This document shows positions 37,938-47,978 of a stretch of DNA of 64,000 nucleotides, one piece after another. The notes below the pieces were generated by a model. That model saw only the letters and a program-made list of their open reading frames with translations. It was not told where the DNA came from and did no database searches. Each line of letters opens with the position of its first letter. Within the stretch, counting starts at the first letter, position 1. The stretch comes from an uncultured Spirochaetaceae bacterium (GTDB lineage Bacteria; Spirochaetota; Spirochaetia; Treponematales; Treponemataceae). The stretch covers positions 1,285 to 65,284 of the forward strand of contig CADCCO010000002.1 in NCBI GenBank assembly GCA_902799965.1, given 5' to 3'. A program made the position numbers and the translations under genes.

Positions 37938-38425
37938 GATTCTACCTTACGATAAACGAACAAAAAACCATGTTCGACGAAGACCCCGAAACAAGCCTGT
38001 TGGAGCTTTTGCGAAAGCAAAAACTGCTTAGCGTAAAATGCGGCTGCGACAAGGCCAATTGCGGCTCCTGCGCGGTCCTGCTTGACGACGAGCCCGTTTT
38101 TAGCTGCGTCATTCCATGCGGAATTTTAAGAAACTCCAAAGTCGTCACGCTGGAGCATTTTTCCAAGCAGGCCGCCTGCCAAGAAATAATGAAGGGCTTT
38201 GAGAAAGCGGGCGTTTCGCTTTGCGGCTGGTGCAATCCGGGAAAGATTTTCGCGGCGTACGACGTTATACGAAAACACTCAAACCCGACCCGCGAGCAGG
38301 CGGCAAAGGCGGTCGCAGACTTGCGCGAATGTTGCGTTGAAAGCGACACGCTTATAAACGGAATAATTTACGCGGCGCAAATTCACTTTGAAAAAGAAAG
38401 GCTAAAGAAAAATGGAAAGCAATAA
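37934..38425 (+). CDS. XDH-family (2Fe-2S) subunit
   Basis: KCGCDKANCGSCAVLLD..VFSC, LCGWCNPG. Confidence 0.85.
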   Translation: MRFYLTINEQKTMFDEDPETSLLELLRKQKLLSVKCGCDKANCGSCAVLLDDEPVFSCVIPCGILRNSKVVTLEHFSKQAACQEIMKGFEKAGVSLCGWCNPGKIFAAYDVIRKHSNPTREQAAKAVADLRECCVESDTLINGIIYAAQIHFEKERLKKNGKQ

Positions 38426-39239
38426 AACCGTCTTTTTGGCTAAAAACATATCGGAGCTGCTCTATCAGGTCAAGAACGTGTCAGGCCTAAAAATCGTGGG
38501 CGGATGCTCTTCTATAAAAACGCTTCCGGAAAAAACGCTTAGCGTCCGCGACATAGCGGAACTAAAAACAATAGTCGTAAAAGAACGCTTCATAGACTTT
38601 GGCCCTGCCGTAACGCTGAACGAAATCATTAACGTAGGAGAAGAGCGCGTTCCGCAAGCGCTGTACGAGGCGGCAAAAAGCGTGGCCAATTATTTTATGC
38701 GCAACGTCGCGACCATAGGCGGAAACATTTGCGCTTCCGTCGCTGAGCCAAAAGCCTTAAAGCGGACTCTTTACGCCCCCCTTTTGGCGCTGGGAGCCAC
38801 GCTGCGCTTTAGGAACACCGAAAACCAATTGAGCGCCACCCTGCCCTTCGCGAAATTTGAAGGCGTTCCAGAAAAGCAAGTCTTGATTGGCGTTCGCGTT
38901 CCAAACGACGACTGGGACGTTTCGATATTCCGCCGCGTGGGGCCGCAAAATTCGCTGTCCGAAAATTCCGCGTCCTTTTGCTTTTTGGCGCGAACGCAAG
39001 GCAATGTTTTGTCAAGCGTAAGGCTTGCCTTTGCCGGCCCGATAGTCTTGCAGGACAGCGAGCTTGAAACAAAGCTTTTGGGAGCGCGCCTTCCGCTAAA
39101 CGAAAAGACAATCCAAGACTGGACGGACGCGGCGGCGCTGGCCTTTGACAAAGCTTGCGCCGAAAGAGAATGGTCAAGGCCGCTTTACAAAGAAGAATTT
39201 TTAGGCTTGACGCGCTGCAGCCTGAACCAGCTTACTTAA
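38412..39239 (+). CDS. XDH-family FAD-binding subunit
   Basis: FGPAVTL, MRNVATIGGNI, LLALGA. Confidence 0.8.
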   Translation: MESNKTVFLAKNISELLYQVKNVSGLKIVGGCSSIKTLPEKTLSVRDIAELKTIVVKERFIDFGPAVTLNEIINVGEERVPQALYEAAKSVANYFMRNVATIGGNICASVAEPKALKRTLYAPLLALGATLRFRNTENQLSATLPFAKFEGVPEKQVLIGVRVPNDDWDVSIFRRVGPQNSLSENSASFCFLARTQGNVLSSVRLAFAGPIVLQDSELETKLLGARLPLNEKTIQDWTDAAALAFDKACAEREWSRPLYKEEFLGLTRCSLNQLT

Positions 39240-40332
39240 TCAGCATGCAGTCGCCGTACGAAAAAAAGCGGTAGCGCTCGCGGACAGCCTCTTGGTATGC
39301 GGCCAAAATGTTTTCTCGGCCGGCAAAGGCGGACACGAGCATAATGAGCGTGCTCTCCGGCGTGTGGAAATTTGTGAACATTTGGTCAACGACCTTGAAC
39401 TTGTAGCCTGGATACATGAAAATGCTCGTGCCGCGCGTTCCCGGCTGAATGAGGTCGAAAGCGCCAGAAGCGCAGTCGCTAGCGCCAGAAGCGGCGGCAT
39501 TTTGGCCTGCCAAAGACTCAGTCGCCGCGGACTCAAGCGTGCGGACGCTGGTGGTGCCCACGGCCAAAATCGGGCGGCCGTCCTTTTTGGCTTGGTTTAT
39601 CTTTTGCGCGGCCTCGGCCTCTATCGTAAAAATCTCTTCATGCATTTTATGGTCTTCGATTTGGTCTTCGCGGACGGGCAAAAAAGTTCCGAGGCCTACG
39701 TGCAATGTCACAAAGACGCGCTCCACCCCTTTTTGGCTAAGGCGGCCCAGCATTTCTTCGGTAAAGTGAAGGCCGGCGGTTGGACAGGCGGCGCTTCCGG
39801 TTTGGTCGGCGTAAACGTTTTGGTAGCGCTCGCCGTCCGCCGCCTCGTCTTCGCGCTTGATGTATGGCGGAAGCGGAATGTGGCCGTTCTTTTCAAACCA
39901 GTCTTCCGTTATCGCAAAGCCAAACTTTAATAGGCGGAATTCCGTTCCCGCGTTTTGCGGGTCGTCAAGTATTGTGGCGACCGAGCCGTCCGGGAATTGG
40001 TATCGCATTCCGGCCTTTTGCTTTTTGGCGTTCTTTACCATCGTGTTCCAGACACAGCCTTCGCCAAAGGCCGCCTGGTTAAGGAACATGAATTCCACTT
40101 CGCGGCCGGTCGTTTCCTTTACGCCAAAAAGGCGGGCGCGGCGCACGCGGCTGTTGTTGAAAACCATCAAGGTTCCGTCGTCAATCAAGCCGGGAAGGTC
40201 GTCCATTTTGTGGTGGGCCGTCGCGCCGCTCGTTCTTCCCAAAAGCATAAGGCGGTCTTGGCCGCGGACGGCGCTAGGCCTCTGCGCGATAAGGTCGGCG
40301 GGAAGGTCAAAGTAAAAGTCGGTTCTTTTCAA
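39232..40332 (-). CDS. queA: S-adenosylmethionine:tRNA ribosyltransferase-isomerase
   Basis: [46 protein letters not shown]. Confidence 0.97.
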   Translation of the reverse strand: MKRTDFYFDLPADLIAQRPSAVRGQDRLMLLGRTSGATAHHKMDDLPGLIDDGTLMVFNNSRVRRARLFGVKETTGREVEFMFLNQAAFGEGCVWNTMVKNAKKQKAGMRYQFPDGSVATILDDPQNAGTEFRLLKFGFAITEDWFEKNGHIPLPPYIKREDEAADGERYQNVYADQTGSAACPTAGLHFTEEMLGRLSQKGVERVFVTLHVGLGTFLPVREDQIEDHKMHEEIFTIEAEAAQKINQAKKDGRPILAVGTTSVRTLESAATESLAGQNAAASGASDCASGAFDLIQPGTRGTSIFMYPGYKFKVVDQMFTNFHTPESTLIMLVSAFAGRENILAAYQEAVRERYRFFSYGDCMLIK

Positions 40333-41369
40333 AACAAAGTTCCTTGGCCGCCCTTGTCCATGCGGGCCTTTATCTCAAGCCCCAGCTGCTCGTAGGCGCG
40401 GGCTGTCACGATGCGGCCGCGCGGCGTTCGCTGGATCAAGCCGCATTGAATCAAGTAAGGCTCGTAGTAGTCTTCCAAAGTGTCTTGGCTTTCGCCAATG
40501 CTTATGGCAAGGGTTTCCGCTCCGACGGGGCCGCCGCCAAAATTGTTTATGATGGAAAGCAATATCTCGCGGTCGTATTTTTCCAAGCCAAGGTCGTCGA
40601 TTCCAAGCCGTTTTAGTCCGTCCAAGGCGATTTTGTTTGTAATAACGCCGCTTCCTTCAATCTGCGCAAAGTCGCGCATGCGGCGCAAAACGCGGTTGGC
40701 CACGCGCGGAGTTCCGCGAGAGCATTTTGCCAAAGTCAAGGCCGCGTCTTCGTCAACCGAAACGTTGAGTATTTGCGCAGAACGCTTTATGATGTCGGAC
40801 AATTCCTTGTGCGTGTAATAGTTGAAGCGCTGGACGATTCCAAAACGGCTTATTAGCGGGCTTGAAACCATTCCCGCCTTTGTGGTGGCGCCGACCAAAG
40901 TGAATTTTGGAATCGGAATGCGGACGGTTCGCGCCGCCGCGCCCTGCCCGATCACCCAGTCAAGCTCGTAGTCTTCCATCGCGATGTAAAGCATTTCTTC
41001 GATGGCGGGCTTAAGGCGGTGGATTTCGTCGATAAAGAAAACCGTCCGCGGCGTGATTGTCGAAAGAATGCCCGCCAAATCTTTTGGCTTGTCCAAGGCG
41101 GGCGCGCTTGTAACCTTAAAGTCGGCGCCCAATTCGCGCGCGGTGATTTGCGCGAGCGTCGTCTTTCCAAGTCCGGGAGGGCCGATTAAAAAAAGGTGGT
41201 CAAGCGCCTCTTCCCTGTCGCGCGCGGCTTGTATGAAAACCGAGAGATTTTTCTTGATTTCTTCCTGCCCCAAAAATTCCTTTAGGAACTGGGGGCGCAG
41301 GCTTCCTTCCTGCGCGTCGTCGGGCAAAGGAACGCCCGCGCGCACGATGTCCTGATACTCGTCGCTCAT
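40329..41369 (-). CDS. ruvB: Holliday junction branch-migration helicase
   Basis: [44 protein letters not shown]. Confidence 0.98.
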   Translation of the reverse strand: MSDEYQDIVRAGVPLPDDAQEGSLRPQFLKEFLGQEEIKKNLSVFIQAARDREEALDHLFLIGPPGLGKTTLAQITARELGADFKVTSAPALDKPKDLAGILSTITPRTVFFIDEIHRLKPAIEEMLYIAMEDYELDWVIGQGAAARTVRIPIPKFTLVGATTKAGMVSSPLISRFGIVQRFNYYTHKELSDIIKRSAQILNVSVDEDAALTLAKCSRGTPRVANRVLRRMRDFAQIEGSGVITNKIALDGLKRLGIDDLGLEKYDREILLSIINNFGGGPVGAETLAISIGESQDTLEDYYEPYLIQCGLIQRTPRGRIVTARAYEQLGLEIKARMDKGGQGTLF

Positions 41370-41381
41370 CGTTCAGACCAG

Positions 41382-41996
41382 CTAGGCCAAGTCCACAAGC
41401 GCCTGGCGGAAAATCATTTCTTCCTTGCCGGAATGCGACTTTGAGGTGAACTCGGAATTTTCCATAAGCTGCTCGGTGATTCTGTCAACGACTTCGGTAA
41501 CGTCGCGCTTGTCGTAGCCCATGTCGACCAAAGAATTTATTACGTCCTGGAATTCCGCCTGCTCCGTGTGGTGGGCGGACTTTGTGGAATCTTCCAGCGT
41601 CAGCTTTCCTTTTAAGGTCAGCATGATTTTTGCGGCGGTCTTCTTTCCGATGCCCGAAACCGCTTCAAGCGCCTCGGTGTTTCCAGCGTCAAGAGCCTCA
41701 ACAAATTTTGAAATGCTGATGTTGCTCAAGATTTTTATCGCGCCCTTGGCTCCAACGCCTTCGACCTTGAGCAAATCCAAGAAAATATTGCGCTCTTCTT
41801 CCGTGGCAAAGCCGAACATTTTCATCATGTCTTCGCGAACGTACATCCATGTGAAGATTCTAGCGGTCGAGCCGATGTCGCCCAACTCCTCAATCGCGCT
41901 CGCGGGAACGTACAAATCCCATTCCCAGCCGTTCACGTCAAGGTGAACGGTGTTGTGCGCCTTATAAGTTATCACGCCTTTTAAACTGTTGAACAT
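41382..41996 (-). CDS. ruvA: Holliday junction DNA-binding protein
   Basis: YVRED..MFGF, VEGVGAKGA, VSGIGKKTAAKI, LVDMGY. Confidence 0.95.
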   Translation of the reverse strand: MFNSLKGVITYKAHNTVHLDVNGWEWDLYVPASAIEELGDIGSTARIFTWMYVREDMMKMFGFATEEERNIFLDLLKVEGVGAKGAIKILSNISISKFVEALDAGNTEALEAVSGIGKKTAAKIMLTLKGKLTLEDSTKSAHHTEQAEFQDVINSLVDMGYDKRDVTEVVDRITEQLMENSEFTSKSHSGKEEMIFRQALVDLA

Positions 41997-42042
41997 AGAT
42001 TATATATTAGCGCTTTTAGGGCAAATTTGCAAGCATAACGCG

Positions 42043-42444
42043 CTAATCTATAAACGTCAAACCGTCATCGTTATACAAATTCGCCTTTCCGTCGCTTGTA
42101 AGAAAAATATAGCCGTCCGCAATGCAAAGGGAAATCAAAAGCCTGTCAAAGGGGTCTTTATGCTTTTCTTTTTTTGGAAGTTTGCGATATTGTTCTGTCG
42201 CGGATATCGGAAGCTGAACGAATTTAATGTTTTGCTCGCCGCAAAAGTTTGCCAAATCAGAGATTTCAAGTCCTTCTAAATCCAATTTGCCAATTGAGAG
42301 TTTTATTGAAATTTCCCACAAACTGACTGTAGAGACAAAAATTTCGTTCCTGGGATTCTCAAGAATGGAAAGAACGCTTTTTGAAATTTTTTCAGGCGAA
42401 ACCGCAAGCCAAATCAAAATATGCGTGTCAATTAAATATTTCAT
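42043..42444 (-). CDS. VapC-family PIN toxin
   Basis: YLIDTHILIW, SLWEISIK, HKDPFDRLLI, TSD. Confidence 0.9.
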   Translation of the reverse strand: MKYLIDTHILIWLAVSPEKISKSVLSILENPRNEIFVSTVSLWEISIKLSIGKLDLEGLEISDLANFCGEQNIKFVQLPISATEQYRKLPKKEKHKDPFDRLLISLCIADGYIFLTSDGKANLYNDDGLTFID

Positions 42445-42659
42445 AGAGCGCACAAGTCTTCTTCTGACATTTCCCAGTCATCATGGAACGTAGCCTTTGC
42501 GATTCCAACGAATTTGCCAAATCGGCGCTTTGGCAACGCTTCAGCTTGCTCCCGCAAATTTAAATTCATATTGTAAAGCGACTGCGCCAAGTTATACACA
42601 ATCAGCTGCTGCTCCTCGGTCAATGTACTGTAAGTTTTTTCAAGGGCATTGAAACTCAT
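42441..42659 (-). CDS. Antitoxin partner of the PIN toxin (DUF2281-like)
   Basis: GGAGGA RBS; KRRFG...F.DDWEMSEEDL; ATGA overlap with the toxin. Confidence 0.75.
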   Translation of the reverse strand: MSFNALEKTYSTLTEEQQLIVYNLAQSLYNMNLNLREQAEALPKRRFGKFVGIAKATFHDDWEMSEEDLCAL

Positions 42660-42851
42660 ACATTCCTCCAATGCCCTATATTATACCATACTTTTTTATT
42701 ATTGTCACATAAATTCATCCAAAAAGAACTGTCCTCCGCCCCGGTGTAAGCGGCCTAATCAAATAGCGGCCGCACGGCGCCAAACAAAACCGCTTGGCGC
42801 CCGACAGCCGGGCAAGAAAGCCTGCGCGCGGGCTTTGCCCAAGCGTTGCCG

Positions 42852-45800
42852 CTAATCCATAGCTCGGATTACCACCACATATATCTTATCCGTGCAGGTC
42901 GAGTCCATGCTTCTCGCGCCAGAGCCGCCAGTGGTACTATAAAATTTCCTGTACTTAGTAGGATTCGAATCTGATGGTGTTGTTGACCAATACCATTGTG
43001 AGGCAAAGTCCGTAAGTTTTGCGGAGGTAATGCCCGCTGCAAGTGAGGTATAGTTGGCCACAATTGGGTCTTTTAGGGTATCAAAGTCAGGCATATACCA
43101 ACCAGACACGCCGTTGACTGTCGCGTTGCTTCCATAGCTTGCATAAGCGTCGTTATAAGTCATATTAACTGAAGTTGGAATGGCAAGCATAATGTCATGG
43201 TTCACCACTACGCCTATTGGGCTCCATCCGCCATTGGTATACTTATCATAGTTATATTTGCCATAGGGAGCGTATTTTACAGAGCTTCCGTTCTTAAGCG
43301 CAATGTCGCCCGCATTGGCGGAAGCTTTGTCAACAAACGCAAGGTCCTCTTCCCAAACGGCGTAAAGGGTCTTGTTGCCGGTAAGCGTTATGCTGGCGCC
43401 GTCCGTCCAAGTGGCAGTCGTCGCGCTGGCGTTTTCGCTCCAGCCCTTGAACTTGTAGTCCGTCCTAGTAAATGTGTTGGCGCGCAAGGCGGTCGCCTCT
43501 CCGTGATAGATTCCAGTCTGATCCACATTGGCGCCAGACGCTCCGTTTCCGACAAAGGTCACCTTGTAAGTGTTCTTGTTGTAAACGATTGTCACGCTAG
43601 AGCTTCCGTCGGCCTTAATCTTAGTTTGCGTAATGCTTGCCGCCGTAAAGCCGGTGTAATTGCCGCCAGACTTTGCGGTGGCGGCTGTATTGGCGCCCGT
43701 GGTTCCGGTCTTATTTTCATTCTCCGTGCCAACAACTGCGCTGGCTCGCTTTCTTTGGTGGACAACCTTGTAGGCCGTGTTGGTGTTGGCAGTCCACTTG
43801 GCGTAGAGAGTCGCGGTTCCGCCGTCGGAAGTTGACGCTGTTGAGCCGTCGGCATTGTTGTTGTACGCCTTGCTTCCGCCAGAGCTTGTAGCCCAGCCAG
43901 CGAAGGTGTAGCCGACAATCGCAAAGGCGTTGGCGCTAAGATTTTGCGGAGAGCCGTAGACAAAGTTTTGGCTGGCCATGCTTCCGCTATTTGTGGCGGT
44001 GATGTCGCTAGCCTTGTAAGTGTTGTTGACGTCAAAGTTCACTGTAAACATGTGGCGCCTGTACTTAATGTCGATTACGGTAGAGCCGTCGGCGTTGATG
44101 TGGTTTTGCGCCACGCCCTCGCAAGTAAAGCCATTGTAAGTTTTAGACGCGGCGACTGTGTCGGCCCAAGTGGTTCCGCTTTTTGCCTCCGTATCCTTGA
44201 CTGTGTAAGTGTCGGCAAGCTCCGTGGCGTTCTTGTAGTCCTGCTGCAAGTGGCGCACAGTGTAGGCGGTGTTGGCGTTGGGCGTCCATTTTGCGTACAT
44301 GGTGAACGTGTCGCCGTCCACGACTGTAAGGCTGTAGGCGTTGTAAGAGTCGACGTAATCCGTTCCGCTTCCGTCGGCCTTTGTGTTCCAGCCGCCAAAG
44401 GTGTAGCCAACAATGGCGTAAGCGTTGGCCGTAAGGTTTTGCGGAATGCCGCACTCGTAGTCTTGGTCGGTCATCTCGCCAGTCAAGACCGCCGTCTGGT
44501 CAACAGTCGGCTGCGCGTTGTCGGGCACGTTGGAATTAAAGGCCACCTTGTACTTGTTGCCCTTCCATCGCGCGTACATATTTACCGTGGCGCCTCCAGC
44601 CGGGCTAAGGTTCATTACCTTGGCCTGGTCGGCGTATTCCGTTCCGCTTCCGTCATTTTGGCTGTTCCAGTTGAGCCAAGTGACGCCCTTGCTTGTTCGG
44701 TCAAATGTGTTTTTCGTAAGCGTGTACTCGTGGTCGTAATTGCAGTTCATGTCGGCCATCGTTCCGCTCGCGTCGTCGCGGTCGTTGTTTTGCTTAAAGA
44801 CAATCTTGTACTTGTTGGCCGTCCACTTGGCGTAAAGGGTGATTCCCGTGTTGTCGCCAAAGTCCGCGTCGTTCAACTGGGTCACGGCCTGTCCGCTAAA
44901 GTCCGACGCCTTGAACCAGCCGCCAAAGGTGTAGCCGGTCATAGTCGGATTTCCAAGGAAGGTCACCATTTGCGGAATGTGCCAGCGCGGGAAGCCTTCC
45001 ATTTCGACGACGCTTGTGATTGTGTCGCCGTTGTTGTTGATATGGTTTCCGTTGACGCTGTCGTTGGCCACAAAGTTTATGCCCTTGTAGCTTCCGTAAA
45101 CGATTCGGCCATAGGAGCTAAGAATGATGTTTTTGCTGAAAGACGCTCCGCTTGAAGTGGTCACCGTCAAAACAGTGGAGTCGTTGGCTCCGGCGCTTAC
45201 GTCCAAGGCCGTAAGGACAACCTTGCTTCCGTCGCGCTCAACGTTCACAACTCCGTCCTTGGCCACTGTCGCCGTCGAAACTGGCTCGCCAAAAACAATG
45301 GCCAGCTTTGACTCCTTCAACTCAATCGAAACCGCGCCCGTGTCAGCCACCGTCGCCTCGTAAACCAGCGTCGCCTCGTCGGAGCCTCGCGTTCCATCCA
45401 CCGTAACCGTCGCGGTATGGACGGCGTCCTTTTGCGAGTAAACCCAAAGCTTTGAGTCCGAAATTTTTGTCTTGACGTTTTCCGTCTCAACCGGAGTCGC
45501 GCTCGCGTCGTCAAAATTGTAAATGGCAAGGTCTTGAATGGCAAACTTGTCGACGGCGTTCAAGACGCTGGACTCCGCGCCGATTTCCTTGCAAGTCATT
45601 TTTCCGTCTTCGTCTACAGTCACCTCGTAGACGGCGGTTCCCTCTTTGTCGCCTTTTTTTACAGGAACGCTCACAAGGGTGGTTCCCGCGGAACGGCTTG
45701 TAAGCTCAATCATGTCGTTTCCAATTTCGTCCTTTACCCTTTTTACGGTGACGATTTTTTCGTCTCCGCTTACAGGGTCGCCTGTTATTTCGGGAGCGGC

Positions 45801-45974
45801 GCCCTTGCCGTCGCCGAGCGCGACATTCTGCTTTCTGGAAACGATTGTCTTTTCGGGAATTTGAACCGCGACCGCGAGCAAGTCCTCAACCATGTCGCTG
45901 CAAGAGGCAAGCGCAAGCGCAAAGACAAAAGCGCTTATCGCGAGCGCCGCGCAGCCAAAAATTTTCTTCTTCAT
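42852..45974 (-). CDS. Large surface lipoprotein with InlB B-type repeats and a C-terminal DUF1566/CLec-like tip
   Basis: Lipobox LASC; five GYxFxGW...LYAxW-type repeats; two MucBP-like units; tip WYMP...WYWSTT...VVIRA. Confidence 0.82.
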   Translation of the reverse strand: MKKKIFGCAALAISAFVFALALASCSDMVEDLLAVAVQIPEKTIVSRKQNVALGDGKGAAPEITGDPVSGDEKIVTVKRVKDEIGNDMIELTSRSAGTTLVSVPVKKGDKEGTAVYEVTVDEDGKMTCKEIGAESSVLNAVDKFAIQDLAIYNFDDASATPVETENVKTKISDSKLWVYSQKDAVHTATVTVDGTRGSDEATLVYEATVADTGAVSIELKESKLAIVFGEPVSTATVAKDGVVNVERDGSKVVLTALDVSAGANDSTVLTVTTSSGASFSKNIILSSYGRIVYGSYKGINFVANDSVNGNHINNNGDTITSVVEMEGFPRWHIPQMVTFLGNPTMTGYTFGGWFKASDFSGQAVTQLNDADFGDNTGITLYAKWTANKYKIVFKQNNDRDDASGTMADMNCNYDHEYTLTKNTFDRTSKGVTWLNWNSQNDGSGTEYADQAKVMNLSPAGGATVNMYARWKGNKYKVAFNSNVPDNAQPTVDQTAVLTGEMTDQDYECGIPQNLTANAYAIVGYTFGGWNTKADGSGTDYVDSYNAYSLTVVDGDTFTMYAKWTPNANTAYTVRHLQQDYKNATELADTYTVKDTEAKSGTTWADTVAASKTYNGFTCEGVAQNHINADGSTVIDIKYRRHMFTVNFDVNNTYKASDITATNSGSMASQNFVYGSPQNLSANAFAIVGYTFAGWATSSGGSKAYNNNADGSTASTSDGGTATLYAKWTANTNTAYKVVHQRKRASAVVGTENENKTGTTGANTAATAKSGGNYTGFTAASITQTKIKADGSSSVTIVYNKNTYKVTFVGNGASGANVDQTGIYHGEATALRANTFTRTDYKFKGWSENASATTATWTDGASITLTGNKTLYAVWEEDLAFVDKASANAGDIALKNGSSVKYAPYGKYNYDKYTNGGWSPIGVVVNHDIMLAIPTSVNMTYNDAYASYGSNATVNGVSGWYMPDFDTLKDPIVANYTSLAAGITSAKLTDFASQWYWSTTPSDSNPTKYRKFYSTTGGSGARSMDSTCTDKIYVVVIRAMD

Positions 45975-46000
45975 AAAAACCTCCTTTGCTGTCCTTCCGG

Positions 46001-47656
46001 CTATTGCTTCTTAATCAAGAACTCGATGCGCCGGTTCTTCCACCAATTGGCCTTGTTCTCCCGGCTGGCGATGGGATTTGCGTCTCCCATGCCCTTAGCG
46101 TCAAGCCGCTCGCGCTCTATTCCGCGCTCGGCCAAAAGCTCCATAATCGATTCCGCCCGCATTTTGCTAAGGGGAACAAGCTCGTTTTCGTTTTCTTCTT
46201 TTGTGCCGCTAAGGTTGTTGGCGTAGCCTTCCACAGTAATGGAGGCGTCCTTCATGTTCTTGAATTTGGCCACAAGACGGGAAATCGTCTCGTCCAAGTC
46301 GGCGCGCTGCTCCGCGTTGAGTTGGTTGAAGGTCGCTTGGTTTGGGTCAAAGCGGAATTTTGTCATCGCTATTCGCCACTCGTCGTCGCCGCTTTTTCGC
46401 ATTACGATTTCGGTGTCAATCTTAACCTCTCCGTCAACGCTTGCGCTCATGCCGTCAAGCCCAAGGATTTCCTTGTCGGCCTTTGACGGCGTCACGCTAA
46501 GCGAGGCCTTGTAGCTGCTTTCCGAAAACACGATGTCGCCGTGGTCGTCCTTTCCGTCCCATACGATTTCTTTGGGCGGGAAGCCCTCTCCGCTCCAAGT
46601 CTTAAAGGCGTTTCCTGAAGGGTCTGCAATGGAAAGCGTCCACGATTCCGGAGCCTCGCTCATATAGTTGGTCGCTGGGCGGAATGTCACTGTGTCGTTA
46701 TGGCCGTCGCCGTCAGGGCTAAAGGCGGAAAGCTCCGCCTTGTCCACGCCCAGCAAAAGCTCGGGATTTTCTTTGACGGCGGAAAGGTTCTTTTGAAGCA
46801 GGGCTTTTTTCTCCCGATCCTGCCGTTCCCGCTCGGCGCGGCTTTCCTCAAGCTCCTTTTGCAGGCGCTCTTTTTCCGCGCGCTCCTCTTCCAAGATTTT
46901 TTCCAGGCGCTCTTTTTCCTGGCGGCCGGCCTCAAGCTCGCTTTCAAGCCTAGCCTTTTCCTTGGCGTCCGCTTCGGAAGTTGCCGTGCTTTGTCGCTCA
47001 GACGCCGCGCTTTTTTCCGCGCCAAAATGCCATATCGCGCCAAGCCTGATTCCAAACTGGTTCAAAGTGTGCTTGTTCTCCAAGGACAGAGTGTAGATTG
47101 GAGCGAACTCAAATTCAAAGGCGTCGCGCATTATTTTTGGAAACTTGGCCATCCTGTTTGGCATCCAGCGCAAGGCGGGCGCGAACGAAATCGCTTGGTC
47201 GGAATACCAGCCCTTTGCCTTTGAATGGTTCTGCCCTTCAACATTGTGGAGGAATATAGCGTAGGAAACTTCCGGCTGAAAGGCAAAAGACTGCCCCCAC
47301 GCCAAAAAAGGAATCCTCAAAAAAACGCCGGTGGAAAACGAAATGTCGTCTCCGCGCTTTAAGTTGGAGCCGCTTTTTGGAAAAATGTGCGCGTAGTCCA
47401 CATGCTCGCTTATTCCAAGCCTCATGTTTTTTGGAAGCCTGAACGGCAGCGTGTACTCAAGGTCAACGCCCGCCCCCAAAGTCGCCACGGCAAAATCGCT
47501 CCACTCGCCTACAGCCGCCTGGCTTTGCAAAAAGCCTCCGGCGGCAAAGCCAGTGTACACAGGAACCTCGTCGCTAAAAAACACAAAGGGACTTTCCGCC
47601 AAGACTGGCAAGGCAAAAAGCGCCGCGCATAAGGCGGCCAGCAAAATTCTTCTCAT
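46001..47656 (-). CDS. OmpA-family protein (probable beta-barrel, coiled coil, FSPDGDG Ig-like domain, OmpA-C)
   Basis: Signal peptide; amphipathic strands ending GIRLGAIWHF; FSPDGDGHND; VEGYAN, LSKMRAES, GMGDANP, NRRIEF. Confidence 0.85.
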   Translation of the reverse strand: MRRILLAALCAALFALPVLAESPFVFFSDEVPVYTGFAAGGFLQSQAAVGEWSDFAVATLGAGVDLEYTLPFRLPKNMRLGISEHVDYAHIFPKSGSNLKRGDDISFSTGVFLRIPFLAWGQSFAFQPEVSYAIFLHNVEGQNHSKAKGWYSDQAISFAPALRWMPNRMAKFPKIMRDAFEFEFAPIYTLSLENKHTLNQFGIRLGAIWHFGAEKSAASERQSTATSEADAKEKARLESELEAGRQEKERLEKILEEERAEKERLQKELEESRAERERQDREKKALLQKNLSAVKENPELLLGVDKAELSAFSPDGDGHNDTVTFRPATNYMSEAPESWTLSIADPSGNAFKTWSGEGFPPKEIVWDGKDDHGDIVFSESSYKASLSVTPSKADKEILGLDGMSASVDGEVKIDTEIVMRKSGDDEWRIAMTKFRFDPNQATFNQLNAEQRADLDETISRLVAKFKNMKDASITVEGYANNLSGTKEENENELVPLSKMRAESIMELLAERGIERERLDAKGMGDANPIASRENKANWWKNRRIEFLIKKQ

Positions 47657-47812
47657 CGTGAAACTCTCCTATAAGATGTGTGATGAATTGATTGTGGGAA
47701 AATGCCAATGGCCCGCAAAGAAAATCGCGGGCTTTGTCATTACTAAAAAATGTCGTTGTGATTTTCGCGAGTTTCGCCTCGCGAAACTCGCTAGACAAGC
47801 GCCAGCTTGTCC

Positions 47813-47895
47813 CGAATTGCGAATTGCGAATTGCGAATTGCGAATTGCGAATTGCGAATTGCGAATTGCGAATTGCGAATTGCGAATTGCGAATT
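47813..47895. repeat. Perfect heptamer tandem repeat (GAATTGC)x11 plus a partial unit
   Basis: Counted directly: 11 full units at 47814-47890, then GAATT. Confidence 0.97.
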
Positions 47896-47978
47896 TTGCG
47901 GCATTGACGCGAACATGTCAATACCTTTTAGAGAAATTTTTTCTTGTTTTCTAAATGCCGTAAACTCCACCAACAGTG

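Noticed and set aside
42720-42850. Hairpin cluster after the large lipoprotein as an ncRNA
   Set aside because: Short GC-rich stems compatible with termination or mRNA stabilisation; no further support.
43944-45155. 403-aa antisense ORF and similar shadow ORFs (e.g. 736..1449, 23610..24338, 31667..32413)
   Set aside because: They lie opposite well-supported genes, have no motifs, and are explained by codon bias.
47813-47895. CRISPR array, or proteins with ELRIANC repeats on the + strand
   Set aside because: Pure 7-bp tandem repeat with no spacers and no cas genes. The ORFs exist because the repeat has no stop codon in any frame.
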